Of a stretch of 64,000 nucleotides of DNA, positions 50,875 through 60,940 are shown piece after piece. The translations under genes and the position numbers were made by a program. The DNA comes from a virus. The stretch is from positions 1-64,000 of IMG/VR virus record IMGVR_UViG_3300033141_004852. One strand, 5' to 3'. Every line of letters begins with the position of its first letter. Position 1 is the first letter of the stretch. The notes beneath the pieces are model-generated. The model searched no databases. It saw only the letters and a list, made by a program, of their open reading frames with translations, and was not told the origin of the DNA.

Positions 50875-51319
50875 CATTTTCGTCATATTTATACCAAATG
50901 GGACCCGTTTCAGAGGAGGAGCTTATTTCATCGCCGGGGGGAACTCCCGGTTGAAAATGATAGTCCCGTGCAGTTGGTAGCAGATCCCGCAACCTACGGC
51001 GATTTTCTATCACTGAAAAATGACTGAGGGGGGATTGTAGGCGAACTTGCGACAACAACTTACGTCGAGGGGGATCCTACGAGGGGATACCAATTTGGTG
51101 CCCATTGTGAATCTCGAAGTACCTATCTCCCTGTTCCCATCACATTGGGGATAGTATGGGACCCATTCTAGAGGTCGAAATTAGGGAGGGAGAATACAAT
51201 ATAGATCAGGATGTGCACGCGGGGACAAGGAACAGACTGGGAAGATTACCTTGGCACTCTCATTTTCGTCATATCTAGATAGTATGGGACCCATGCTAAG
51301 ATGTTGAAATTGGGGAGGG
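50875..51319. repeat. Direct repeats with ATGGGACCCAT core in the divergent intergenic region
   Basis: GATAGTATGGGACCCAT..GAAATT.GGGAGGG at 51150 and 51278; CATTTTCGTCATAT at 50875 and 51261; ATGGGACCC at 50898. Confidence 0.75.
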
Positions 51320-51634
51320 TGTGCGTAGGAGGTGTCGATAATTGGTATGAGAATAGCCCACCCCTTGCTACCTCGGCAGGCGGAAACATGGGGGTGTACT
51401 GCATAGGCCGGAGGGATAACGGGCCTTATCAACCTGGCCGCGCGGCCGCATGATCCGCCGTTAGCGGCCGGGAAGAGGGGCATTTTCGCCAATTCGGACA
51501 GGGGCAGATTCGGGCATGCTGAACACGCCGAAACGGTCCGCCGAATGGCGCGGCACACCCGAAGGTGTCTCCCCCTCTCCCCCTCACCACTACCCCCTTG
51601 GTGATCTTTTATCCCGGATCGCCACAATTCCCTG

Positions 51635-51663
51635 TTGACAGTTACGGCGATATATGGTATATA
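51635..51663 (+). promoter_or_regulatory. Early promoter P1
   Basis: TTGACA-N17(ending TGG)-TATATA then CAGGAGGTAG RBS. Confidence 0.75.
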
Positions 51664-51694
51664 AGGATAGTAGATCAGGAGGTAGAGCACAACA

Positions 51695-52708
51695 ATGACT
51701 ACTAGCAAAGCGCAGGCAATCGTGAACTACTACCGCGAACACCCTCGGCATGGTATCCGGGTATGGTTAGAGGAGGCAGATGTAGACGGACTCTACGCCG
51801 CGATCATTGTCGAATCCGATGCGCGTGATTGGCGCCGGTCTATTCGGCGACTAGCACGGCGCCACCACCTGCGGGTTGAATCCTGGTATCAACCCCTACA
51901 CCAGGGGACGCTAGTCTAAACCGGGATAGGTGTCCCGGAATCACTCTATGGAGGTAGAGGAAGATGGTAGCAAGACACACCTATCATGTGGCGGTATCAA
52001 TCCGCTATGCCCGCCAGGTGCTGGACAGCATGGAGCAGGAAGGACGCGAGGTGATTCCCCCGTGTGAGAATGTGGACCGGGCAGGCAGATGCCGCGGCCA
52101 CCAAGTAAAGGAGGGAGAATAATGGTGGGCGACAACACAATCCACCTGCATACAATCAGATGCTACTGCGATCCCGGCCGCGTGTGGATTGTCGCCACAC
52201 GCGGCACACAATCGCGAATTATAAACCCCTGGCCTGCTACACCGCAGGAGGCGGCCAGGCAGATACAACGCCTACGGGAGAAACTGGAGGCGGAGGGAAC
52301 ATGCATACAATCCAGGTGATATTACGGGATTGTACCACGCAAGAGGACCATGTAGCCCTGCCGGAGGCAGGTAGCCGCGATCTGCGGGAGATGCTGGAGA
52401 GCAAGGGGGACTATGTGCTACAGCGCCTGGCCGCGGCGTTGTCGCCCGTTGTAGCGGCAGAGGAGGCGGAGGCGCGGGCGCGCGCCGCGCGCACCCTCAC
52501 TCCTGCCGAACAGGGGATACTACAACGGGCCATACGCGCCGAAGGTTGGACAGTAGAGGCGATCACGCATGAAGGGCGCGTGATGCTGAAGATCAAGAAC
52601 CCTCCCGAATCCGCCACCTGGCGGGCCGATGCCTATAGGGTGGCCAGGGCATTCGGGCTTCGCGTCCTGGAGTTTCTCCCGGAAAGGAGCGCGATCCTGT
52701 CCCGTTGA
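51695..52708 (+). other. Four small early genes (51695-51919, 51964-52122 not in track, 52122-52319, 52301-52708)
   Basis: Each ATG has GGAGG; TAATG coupling at 52120. Confidence 0.65.
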
Positions 52709-52715
52709 TATGCCG

Positions 52716-52942
52716 GGCGCGCGGGTGTCCCCGCGCGCTCTTCCCTCTCTGCCTCCGGGAGGGGACAGAGAGGGAAGAGGTAGCACCTTGACAACGGAAT
52801 ACGCGCCTCTACTCTACCTCCGGGAGGGGAGGGACTAGGATCACCAATCCCCTCCTCTCCTGCTAGGGAATTAGCGATCCTAGTCCCCTAGCAGGAGGGC
52901 GCGACGCGCCCTCCCGAATCTAATCTACGGAGGTAGAGGCAG
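52716..52942 (+). promoter_or_regulatory. Structured leader A with anti-SD pairing
   Basis: Several 9-14 bp stems; CTCTACCTCCG 52812 complements CGGAGGTAGAG 52928; TTGACA-N16-TACTCT. Confidence 0.55.
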
Positions 52943-53503
52943 ATGGTAGCAGGACAGCAACAGATAGTGGGTATGGACGTCCCGGCCCGGAACCTGCTGG
53001 ACTTGGACGCGGACGCCGTGCGCGAGGAACTGAATCGCGCGCAGATGGTGCTGGAGGACGGAAACATTATCCAATCCGTGTACCTCGGCCAATGTTGGGT
53101 GTTGTGTCCCGACGAGGCCGAACTGCGCGAACTGTTCCCTGCCAACGCCGACGCGACACGCGGTGAACTCGAAGATTATTGGTGGCAGGAGGCGGAGGCG
53201 TGGATCACGGAGAACATGCCAGGAGTGTTCCTGCAGCAGGAGGCGGGAGAAACATACCTCCAGCAGGTGGCCCAGGAACTCCACGAATGCTTGCAGGTAG
53301 ACGAATGCCAAGGAACCCTCTCCTATGGCGGCCGCGTGGTATACCGTCTACCAGATGCCGCGCGGGAACACGTGGAGTGTGTGTTTGATGCCCTCCTGCG
53401 CGCCGCGACCAGGTGGTGTAGACGCAAAGGGTTTTGGCCATGGGTTGTGTCCGTAAATCCCTCCGGCGAAGTGTTCACGCACATCCCGCCCGTCAACGCG
53501 TAG
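52943..53503 (+). CDS. Acidic hypothetical early protein
   Basis: GGAGGTAG RBS, 186 aa. Confidence 0.7.
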   Translation: MVAGQQQIVGMDVPARNLLDLDADAVREELNRAQMVLEDGNIIQSVYLGQCWVLCPDEAELRELFPANADATRGELEDYWWQEAEAWITENMPGVFLQQEAGETYLQQVAQELHECLQVDECQGTLSYGGRVVYRLPDAAREHVECVFDALLRAATRWCRRKGFWPWVVSVNPSGEVFTHIPPVNA

Positions 53504-53509
53504 AGGATC

Positions 53510-53811
53510 GGGCCGGCAACCTTGCCGGCCCCTCCCGGAAGGTGATCGCCACCAATCACCTTCCGGGAGGGATAGAGTAGAGGTGTAGATTCACACATTC
53601 GCAGGTGATCCGCTGATCCTGCGAAGTGTCTAAATTGTCCTGCCCGCGCGCCTTGCCGCGAAGCAAGCAAGTGCTAGGTTGGTATGATCGCAGAAGCAGG
53701 CAAGCACCTGGCCCCCTGGACACCTGCGGCAGGAGGCCGGGGGAGGTCGCGGGCAGGGGAGGTAACAGGGAGGTAACAGCACCTCGCGTAACACAACAGG
53801 AGGCCAGGTAA
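53510..53811 (+). ncRNA. Candidate structured RNA or leader B
   Basis: 10-bp and 17-bp perfect stems in tandem, further stems, and long-range CCTGCCCGCG/CGCGGGCAGG pairing; no ORF with RBS. Confidence 0.4.
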
Positions 53812-54906
53812 ATGGACTACGTAGATGGTGGTAACGGGAATATCATTGTAACGCACGCAGGGAAACCTGTAGCGGTGATCCTCTCCGAGGGTGAACACCT
53901 CTGTGAAAACTGCTACAGGCGGCCCGCGGAACATACCCTCTATATTCCCGATGAACCCGACGGCGAGAACAGGCCATTCTCCACAGGAAACACCAAAAGG
54001 GGGTGTAACACAATTCCCTGTTGACAATTCGGGGGAATTGTGGTATAGGTAGAATACCAACAGGAGGTAGGACACTATGGCGAGGTTATACGCAAGGCTG
54101 AATGCCGACGCAAGCAAGCACGAGGTAACCCGCCGCGGCCACCGCCGAATCACCGCCCGCCTAGAGACGTGGGGTGGGGCGGTGGAGGTAACGCTATGCG
54201 CAAACGGTTCCTTCACTGTCACGAAGGGGCCGAAACATAACCCGCAGGAGGTGATCGCCGTCGGAAGCCTCCCCCTGGAGTAACACCCCCGGCCACCCTC
54301 CCCTCTCCCGGTCGCGCTGATCTACACGGCAGGGAGAGGGGATGGGAGAACACATAATAGGAGGCAGGACAGATGCCGCCGTCACCGTATGAACCCGCCC
54401 CGGTAACTATCGGGGAGAAGTGGGCGCACGGACGCCCCTGCCCGGCAACAGATAGGTTTTCGCGGGCGCTCCTGTATCTGCGACAATTAGACAAAGATGC
54501 CGCGGACCGCGTAGAACACCACGCCGCGGCGTATGTAACAGTGCTCCACCAAAACCCCGACGACGTACAGGCCGATGAGAGAGTGTGGGAATACCTGCAA
54601 GAGGTATATACGCTGATAGAAGAGCACGCAGAGGCCTATACGTACTTCGGCGCGTGTCGCGAGGGAGGCCCCGGTGTCGGGTGTTGGCCGGATTGGGATA
54701 GAGTACAGGACGCCCTCGCGAATGGTGATCTGCTAACCGCAGATACGGTCCTTGCAGAGGATTCTCACACTATCAATAGCCCGCGTGATCTGCGCGAAGG
54801 CGCGCTGATATTCGCGGGCGACGCCGCGCAAAACACGGGAACCCTCTGGCAGGTGGTGGAGGTCGCGGGCGACCGCGTAACCCTGCGGAGGTGTTGGGAA
54901 GAGTAA
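53812..54906 (+). other. Three small early genes (53812-54024, 54077-54283, 54373-54906)
   Basis: AGGAGG RBS before each; the last carries a YFGA.EG..G.G.W motif. Confidence 0.65.
54021..54049 (+). promoter_or_regulatory. Early promoter P2
   Basis: TTGACA-ATTCGGGGGAATTGTGG-TATAGG; overlaps the stop codon of 53812-54024. Confidence 0.7.
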
Positions 54907-54981
54907 CAGGAACCTCCCTCCTGCGACTAGTGATCTGGCCGCAGGAGGGAGGGGACAAACACAGAAGGGAGGTAGGTAACA

Positions 54982-55325
54982 ATGGTAACAGCGTATGAAA
55001 AGGCCGTAGAACGGGGCGGTGAAGGTCTCGAAGGCTACACCCCGGTATCGGGGCGAACTGCCCGACGTGTTGCCGCAGGTGGGGCGTGGACGCTGAGGAC
55101 GCCGCCGCGGTCGCCAGGTTCAGCGACCGTATCAGTGGGGGGGAGGTAGAAGAGGATGGTGGGTTTTCCTGGGCCGCCTGTGATCTGTGCGGAAGCACGT
55201 TGGGCGGGGATAGATTCGCGGCCCACGGATTCACCCCGGAAGGCAAACTGATCCACCTGGATATATGCATGGACTGTTTGCAGTACCTCGCCAACGGAAC
55301 AATCCCGGAAGAGTGGGAGGGATAA
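54982..55325 (+). pseudogene. Zinc-finger gene split by a 1-nt frameshift near 55035
   Basis: RBS and ATG at 54982; the -1 frame LHPGIGANCPTCC..CDLCG..ICMDC aligns with intact paralog 58129. Confidence 0.6.
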
Positions 55326-55329
55326 CACT

Positions 55330-56086
55330 ATGGACAGGTTTGAGAAGTACGCCCCTTATCACCCTTGGGGGGACGTTGCGCGGTATGCCGCGCGGTTGTA
55401 CCCCAATGCCCACGAGATGCAAGCGTGGACACAAGCCACCGCGGCCGCCTGCGGCCGCGCGTACTTGGAGAATCGTGCGCTCCTGCGGCTTTATGCGCGT
55501 GATTTGGCGAAGAAGGCCGTCACCCTTCTCCGAGGCGAGGTGACTGTAACGGAGGTGATCCCCGACTACCTCCGGGACGCGCCGAATGCCCCGCGGACTA
55601 TCCCGGAAGCACTGGCGATCCTCGCCCAAGAGTCTATTTGGGCAGCAGCAGGACTATAGACAATCAAGAAGAAGGAGGTAGGACACTATGCGCGTAACAA
55701 TTGAGTGGGGCCACCCCGACGCGGGGCAGAACTACGTGGAGCGGATTCGCTTGTGTCCCGCGTATCGGGACTACGTGAAGGACCCGCGGGAGGTGGTGCT
55801 GGAGGCCGACGGCGGCGACCTCGGCATGATTCGCAACGGCGGGCGCGGGTGGGTTTGCGTCCTCTATCCCGACGGTAACTGCCCACACACAGAACCCCGT
55901 AACGGAGAATGTGCGGCATGTAAACTGACCTGCGCAGTCCCCGTGTTCGCCCTGGACGGGACACCCGTAGACGGGGAGGCCGCGGAGGTATGTACCCCCC
56001 AGGAGGCCGCCGCACAAGCGGAGGCGGCAATCCGCGAGGTAGTAGACGAATGGATTATTGACCTCGTGGAGGCCGCAGAGGAATAA
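55330..56086 (+). other. Two early genes (55330-55659, 55688-56086)
   Basis: GGAGG RBS; the second is Cys-containing and acidic. Confidence 0.65.
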
Positions 56087-56091
56087 CCCTG

Positions 56092-56122
56092 TTGACAATT
56101 CGGGAGAATCATGGTATATACT
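56092..56122 (+). promoter_or_regulatory. Early promoter P3
   Basis: TTGACA-ATTCGGGAGAATCATGG-TATATA(CT). Confidence 0.75.
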
Positions 56123-56142
56123 ACCGGGAGGTAGGAAAAACA

Positions 56143-58112
56143 ATGGCGAAACGCGTAACTGCCGGAAAGTGGTATCGCTACACCGCCGCGCACTTGATGG
56201 ATCGGGTGATTCACCCGCCCGACAACCTGCAACCGGGCGACCTCGTGCAGGTCAAGAACCTGACCGGGTGTCCCCCCTGTAACACAATGGGCATGGCGCA
56301 CGTGGTACACCCCGACGGCACCCTTGGAGGACTGGTATACACGGCAAGCCTAGAACCTGCCCGCGCCCCCCAGAAGGAGAATGCCGCATGACTACTACCC
56401 ACCAGGTAACAGGTTGGACTTCTGAGGAATGGCAACAAGCAAGCGTGATCGGTTACGGGGATTACCGCAACAGTATTCCCGGAATCACGTATGCCTTGAC
56501 CGCGAATGGGGATGTACTGGTAGCCCGAAACGCAGGTGCTGATCTGCGCCTCCGCTACAACGTTCCCCCGGCTACCCCGGACTTCGGCCCCGCGGAGAGG
56601 GCGGCACTCGCTCGCCGTCGCCTGCGCGCCGACGGCTGGCCCCTGCGAGGGAGGTAACAATGAGAATGAGAACACCTCCCCACCAAGTGACAACGGAACC
56701 CGTGGACTGCACCTGCGCGAAGTGCGGTGGCCCCGCGGTTATCTACCCCGTCCCGCGACCGCGGGGAACCTGTATCTGCAAACGGTGTTCCCCACCGTGG
56801 GCCGCCGACTTCGTAAACTTTCTCCTGCAACAGGAGCAAGAAGGGGGCAAGTAACATGCGAATGATCTTCGCCCTCCAATACGCCGAGGGCTACCCGACG
56901 GCATACCACGTTCCCGCGGAACGGTGGCAGGAGGCGTCCCGCCATACTCGCTACCCCGACGCGCTGATAGCGCAGAGGAAGCACAACCTGCGAACCGGGG
57001 GTAAATGTGTCTACCGCGTAGTGCCCCTCCGGGATACCTTCGCGACGTTTACCTTCCTCTGCCAGGGGGCGCGGGCAACGGACTATCGCTGCCCACACAA
57101 CGCTCACGAGCGTGTAACAGTCCCCTGGCCCGCGGGGACACCGTACCCCCTACGTCCAACCCTACCAAGGTGGGCCGCCAGCAACCTCTGCATGGCATGC
57201 GCCAACGCGGCAGAGGTCGCCGACACACACAAGAAAGGTGAGGAAGAACATGCTCTTGACCGCAGAACTTTGGTATGAATCTCACCGCGGGAGTGGGCGC
57301 GTGATCTGCCGATCTGCCGCAGAATTGAAGCGCGCCCTAGCACGAACCCGCCCGGACTATGCTAGCCTCACCGTCGCCCGGAGGGGTGCACCTGCCACCT
57401 CGTGGGATTCTGCCCACAATGCAAGGCAGAACTACACGCTGATCTGCGGGGGGGTGTATGATCTACCGCCCGCCAATTATGACGGGGATTTTTGATCTAC
57501 TACAGGAGGTAGGACCCTATGCTAGAGGAAGAGTGCAAGATTCGCACCACGTTTGAACTGTGCCGCCGGGGTGTAACAGTCACAGATGCCCTGCGCTTGT
57601 TCCGCACGGCACGGAGGCTACGCCGCCTCTGCCTGCACTATGCCGAACGCCCACTCACGCCCGGCGAACTCAGAAGACTAGTGGAGGCGAAGGCCGTCCT
57701 AGAAGCAGCGGACGGCGTGAGCACGCAGCGCGACCCGCGCTACACCGTCGCCTATCTAACGGTGGAGGGCGCAACGGGAGAGGAAGTCAAACTCCCCCTA
57801 GACTGCTGATCTGTGAGGAAGGCTACCATGCCCACAGCGAATGATAGCGACGTAGCACTCACCCCGACGGTGCAAGTGGGGCCGGGGGGAATCACTTGGC
57901 GGGAGGCGTTAGCACAAGCACCGCCCGGAGGGCATTATCGGGCGATTCCCTATCCACAGGTTCCGGGCCTGCTTGTACAAGTAATCGTGGGGGCACGCGT
58001 GGTATTCTCCGGGATGGTAGTATGCCGCCGCTCCCGATCTGATCTGGCGCGGTGGACGCGTGAGGTGAGGAAACTCCACGGATGGATTGTTCTGCCAAGT
58101 CAAACACCGTAA
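56143..58112 (+). other. Seven small early genes (56143-56391, 56388-56657, 56660-56854, 56856-57278, 57250-57495, 57519-57809, 57828-58112)
   Basis: Packed ORFs with purine-rich RBS; 56660 is a CxCxxC..CxCxxC zinc finger. Confidence 0.6.
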
Positions 58113-58128
58113 CAGGAGGTAGGAGAGA

Positions 58129-58821
58129 ATGACACTAGGACTATACCAATACCTGCGCGACCTTGCCCCGAAAACCCGAACCTACGCGGGTAACGGGAAC
58201 AACAAGGTCGTACCGGGAGCGGCACCAAACTGTCCGACCTGCCTGCGCCTCTACGGACTGACCAGCCCACAAGCCTTCGCTGATCTGCTAGAGGTAGAGG
58301 GTGAGCCGGACCCCTTCACAGGTGGGGACCCCTGCGATCTCTGCGGGGCACCGCCGGGCCTGCGTGTAACAGCGCACGCTGAGGACCGCGAAACAGGAAG
58401 GCTAGTACACCTCGTGATCTGTGCCGACTGTGCCGCCTACTTCGCTAACGGCACCCCTCCGACCGACGTTGACCTCACGTTTGAGCGGTGTTGGACAGCG
58501 CCCATAAACCCCGATGCCTGGGGCGTATGGTGGGAGGGCAAACGCTTTCCCGACGGGCGCGGAATCCTCTTCGTGGAGGTCGCCCGTAGTCCAGCACCAC
58601 CCGACCCGGCACTCGTGCAGGACGTGCTGAATAACGCGGGTGGCGATCCCGTGGAGAAAGTCCGGCATGGCGACGCCTGGATTCTGAAAACTTGGCATGA
58701 CTCCCCGGAGCGAAAAGCGCTAATCGCTGCCCGCGTGATCCGACGCTGGCGACAAGGGTGGCGCCGCGGAGTGAATAGCATGTATAAGCACCACCCCGAA
58801 TTAGCGACAATCACTACTTGA
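58129..58821 (+). CDS. Zinc-finger early protein
   Basis: CPTC, CDLC and CADC; CAGGAGGTAGG RBS. Confidence 0.7.
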   Translation: MTLGLYQYLRDLAPKTRTYAGNGNNKVVPGAAPNCPTCLRLYGLTSPQAFADLLEVEGEPDPFTGGDPCDLCGAPPGLRVTAHAEDRETGRLVHLVICADCAAYFANGTPPTDVDLTFERCWTAPINPDAWGVWWEGKRFPDGRGILFVEVARSPAPPDPALVQDVLNNAGGDPVEKVRHGDAWILKTWHDSPERKALIAARVIRRWRQGWRRGVNSMYKHHPELATITT

Positions 58822-58846
58822 CAATTCGGGCGAAACATGGTATGCT
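58818..58846 (+). promoter_or_regulatory. Early promoter P4
   Basis: TTGACA-ATTCGGGCGAAACATGG-TATGCT. Confidence 0.8.
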
Positions 58847-58868
58847 GAGTAACAGGAGGTAGGAAAAC

Positions 58869-59351
58869 ATGTACTTGATCTTACAAGAGGAAAACGTCGG
58901 CGGGTGCGTTGTCCGTTTCGGCACAGATTGTCACGGAATGTATGAACTCACTATGCACCTGTCCAACGAATCCCCGCCTAACGCACCTTCGTTAGCGAAC
59001 TTGATAGAGAGGTGGGGCCTGTGTCCCCTCACTTCTGACACCCCCGAAGAAAACGCGACACGAATCCCCGTAGCCCCACGAGTCAGCGCGCAGGAGGTAC
59101 TGTCCCGAATCCCGGAGGCACAAACACTCGCGGACCGGATGCCGGGGGGTAGTAGTATTATACTGTTGCTCGGCAAACAGCGATATGACGTAGTCCCCAC
59201 CGTCCAATTCGCTCTCCCAAACTGGGCCGACCGCTATGCCGCGGTGGAGGTAGCATTCTGTGATGACTCCACCCGCGAATACGACCCCGAACTACGTCTA
59301 GGGCTACTCCAAACGCGCTGCGCAGAGTGCGGCCTAGTCCTTGACGACTGA
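58869..59351 (+). CDS. Hypothetical early protein
   Basis: First gene after P4. Confidence 0.65.
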   Translation: MYLILQEENVGGCVVRFGTDCHGMYELTMHLSNESPPNAPSLANLIERWGLCPLTSDTPEENATRIPVAPRVSAQEVLSRIPEAQTLADRMPGGSSIILLLGKQRYDVVPTVQFALPNWADRYAAVEVAFCDDSTREYDPELRLGLLQTRCAECGLVLDD

Positions 59352-59385
59352 TCCAAAACACCATTAGGAGGCAGGAGGCGTAACA

Positions 59386-60015
59386 ATGCAAGAAGTGTCA
59401 GAGGTATTGGAGTTTGCGGACGGTGCAACGCTAAGAATCATGCCGGACCCCAACCCTCCGAATCCCCGCGAATCGGATAACTTGGGGAAGATGATATGCT
59501 GGCATTCACGGTACAACCTCGGCGACCGCCACGACTTCGCGACCCCGCAGGACTTTCACGAGTGGGAGGCAAGCCCGGCCGGAGAGGGTGCGGAGGTTCT
59601 ACCCCTCTACCTGCTAGACCACAGCGGTATCACCATGAGCACCAAACCCTTCTCCTGCCGGTGGGATAGCGGCTGCGTCGGATTCATCTCCGTAACAAAG
59701 ACCCGGATTCTCCAAGAGTACGGAGAAGATACCAAAGAGGTACGCGCTCGCGTCCGCGAGGTACTACGGAACGAGGTGGCCACTTATGACAAGTGGCTCC
59801 GGGGGGACACTTGGGGGTACGCCCTATTCGGGCCTCCGGTCACCTGCGACAAGTGCGGACACACGGAGACCCCGCTCCTGGACTCTTGCTATGGGTTCTT
59901 CGGATCGGACCACGAAGCGTCCGGCATGTTCGACAACCTCCCCGATCCCTACGGCAAGTGGGCAAAAGAAGGTAACTACACTGAGAAAGAGGACCGGACC
60001 CCATGCAGAGTATAA
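59386..60015 (+). CDS. Conserved mobile-element hypothetical protein
   Basis: NPRE.DNLG.M.C.H.RY.LGD, LPLYL.DHSGIT, WDSG.VGFI and DSC.GF.G motifs; I recognise the pattern from phage/ICE proteins of unknown function. Confidence 0.75.
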   Translation: MQEVSEVLEFADGATLRIMPDPNPPNPRESDNLGKMICWHSRYNLGDRHDFATPQDFHEWEASPAGEGAEVLPLYLLDHSGITMSTKPFSCRWDSGCVGFISVTKTRILQEYGEDTKEVRARVREVLRNEVATYDKWLRGDTWGYALFGPPVTCDKCGHTETPLLDSCYGFFGSDHEASGMFDNLPDPYGKWAKEGNYTEKEDRTPCRV

Positions 60016-60164
60016 CCGCCATGATCTGCCGATTCGTGGACGTTGTCACAGACTGCATGGACGCGGCGACGCCCTACGTACCCTACGCTGGAGCGGCGAT
60101 CCTCACGTACATAGCCTGGCGTATGTACGTTGGGATAGAGCACACTCTCGGACCCATACCCTAG
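60003..60164 (+). CDS. Small membrane peptide, 53 aa, not in the ORF track
   Basis: MQSITAM..VPYAGAAILTYIAWRMYVG; GAGGA upstream. Confidence 0.4.
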   Translation: MQSITAMICRFVDVVTDCMDAATPYVPYAGAAILTYIAWRMYVGIEHTLGPIP

Positions 60165-60259
60165 CCGATCCCCCGCCCACCCCTGGGGGAATCGGTAGCG
60201 AAGGGAGGCGGAGACAATGTAATACTGATCCCCGATAATCGCGTGCTAATAGGTTGAAC

Positions 60260-60493
60260 GGGGAGGGTTCCCCCGGTCGGGGGGACTCTCCCCCAAGGAA
60301 GCGGGAGCACCGTATCCTTGGGGGAGGGGCTAGAGAAACCTTGACAACCTGGCAGGGTGAGTAACTTGTCCCCACGGGGGCACGGGAGGCATTCCTACCT
60401 CCGGGGACACCCTCGCGGTGCGGGGGTGTCCCTCCCTCCCGTGACGGTCCACGGGGATCGCCACGGGAGGGCAAACTACTAGGAGGTAGTATC
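60260..60493 (+). promoter_or_regulatory. Structured leader E with anti-SD pairing
   Basis: Two tandem hairpin pairs flanking ACCTTGACAAC; CTACCTCC 60395 complements GGAGGTAG 60482. Confidence 0.55.
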
Positions 60494-60879
60494 ATGTACC
60501 GAGTGACGTTGGAGTCCGAAGAATATGGGGTAGAGGAGTTTCGCTACCCCACGCTAAGGGATGCGCGGGAAGCAGTAGCCCGCCTCAGTGAGGAATGTGT
60601 AAATGCTCACAAGCGGGACGGGGTAGAACGTAGGATTGTCCTGCATATCCCCGCACGAAGTGCCGACCCCGCCGCCGCCAAAGAGGAGGCGGAATCATGC
60701 TGAAGTGCCTTCGCCGCCACCTTCTGTATCTGGAGTGGTGGTGCTACAAGACTGCCGCCGACGCCTTCGTGGCGCTGGCGCGGAGCGCGGGGGACGCGCT
60801 CCTGCAAATCCACGGATACCCGGCTGAGGAAGACGCTATCCACCGGGCCGCGACTCCCCCACACGCCCGCCCGAAGTAA
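60494..60879 (+). other. Two small early genes (60494-60703, 60697-60879)
   Basis: AGGAGG RBS before each. Confidence 0.6.
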
Positions 60880-60880
60880 C

Positions 60881-60909
60881 TTGACACCGCGGGCGAAACA
60901 TGGTAACAT
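60881..60909 (+). promoter_or_regulatory. Early promoter P5
   Basis: TTGACA-CCGCGGGCGAAACATGG-TAACAT. Confidence 0.75.
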
Positions 60910-60940
60910 GCGCGAGGTAACAAACAGGAGGTAGCACAGA

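Noticed and set aside
50700-51700. CRISPR array in the intergenic repeats
   Set aside because: Only 2-3 degenerate copies with irregular spacing and no cas genes
50704-51708. Minus-strand ORFs 50704-50886, 50807-51058 and 51181-51708
   Set aside because: No RBS, they overlap repeats and promoter P1, and composition is atypical; treated as non-coding
54280-60900. Integron-like attC cassette array (TAAC at stop codons followed by hairpins)
   Set aside because: Context is GTAAC rather than RYYYAAC, no matching GTTRRRY closes the hairpins, many copies are intragenic, and no integrase is present
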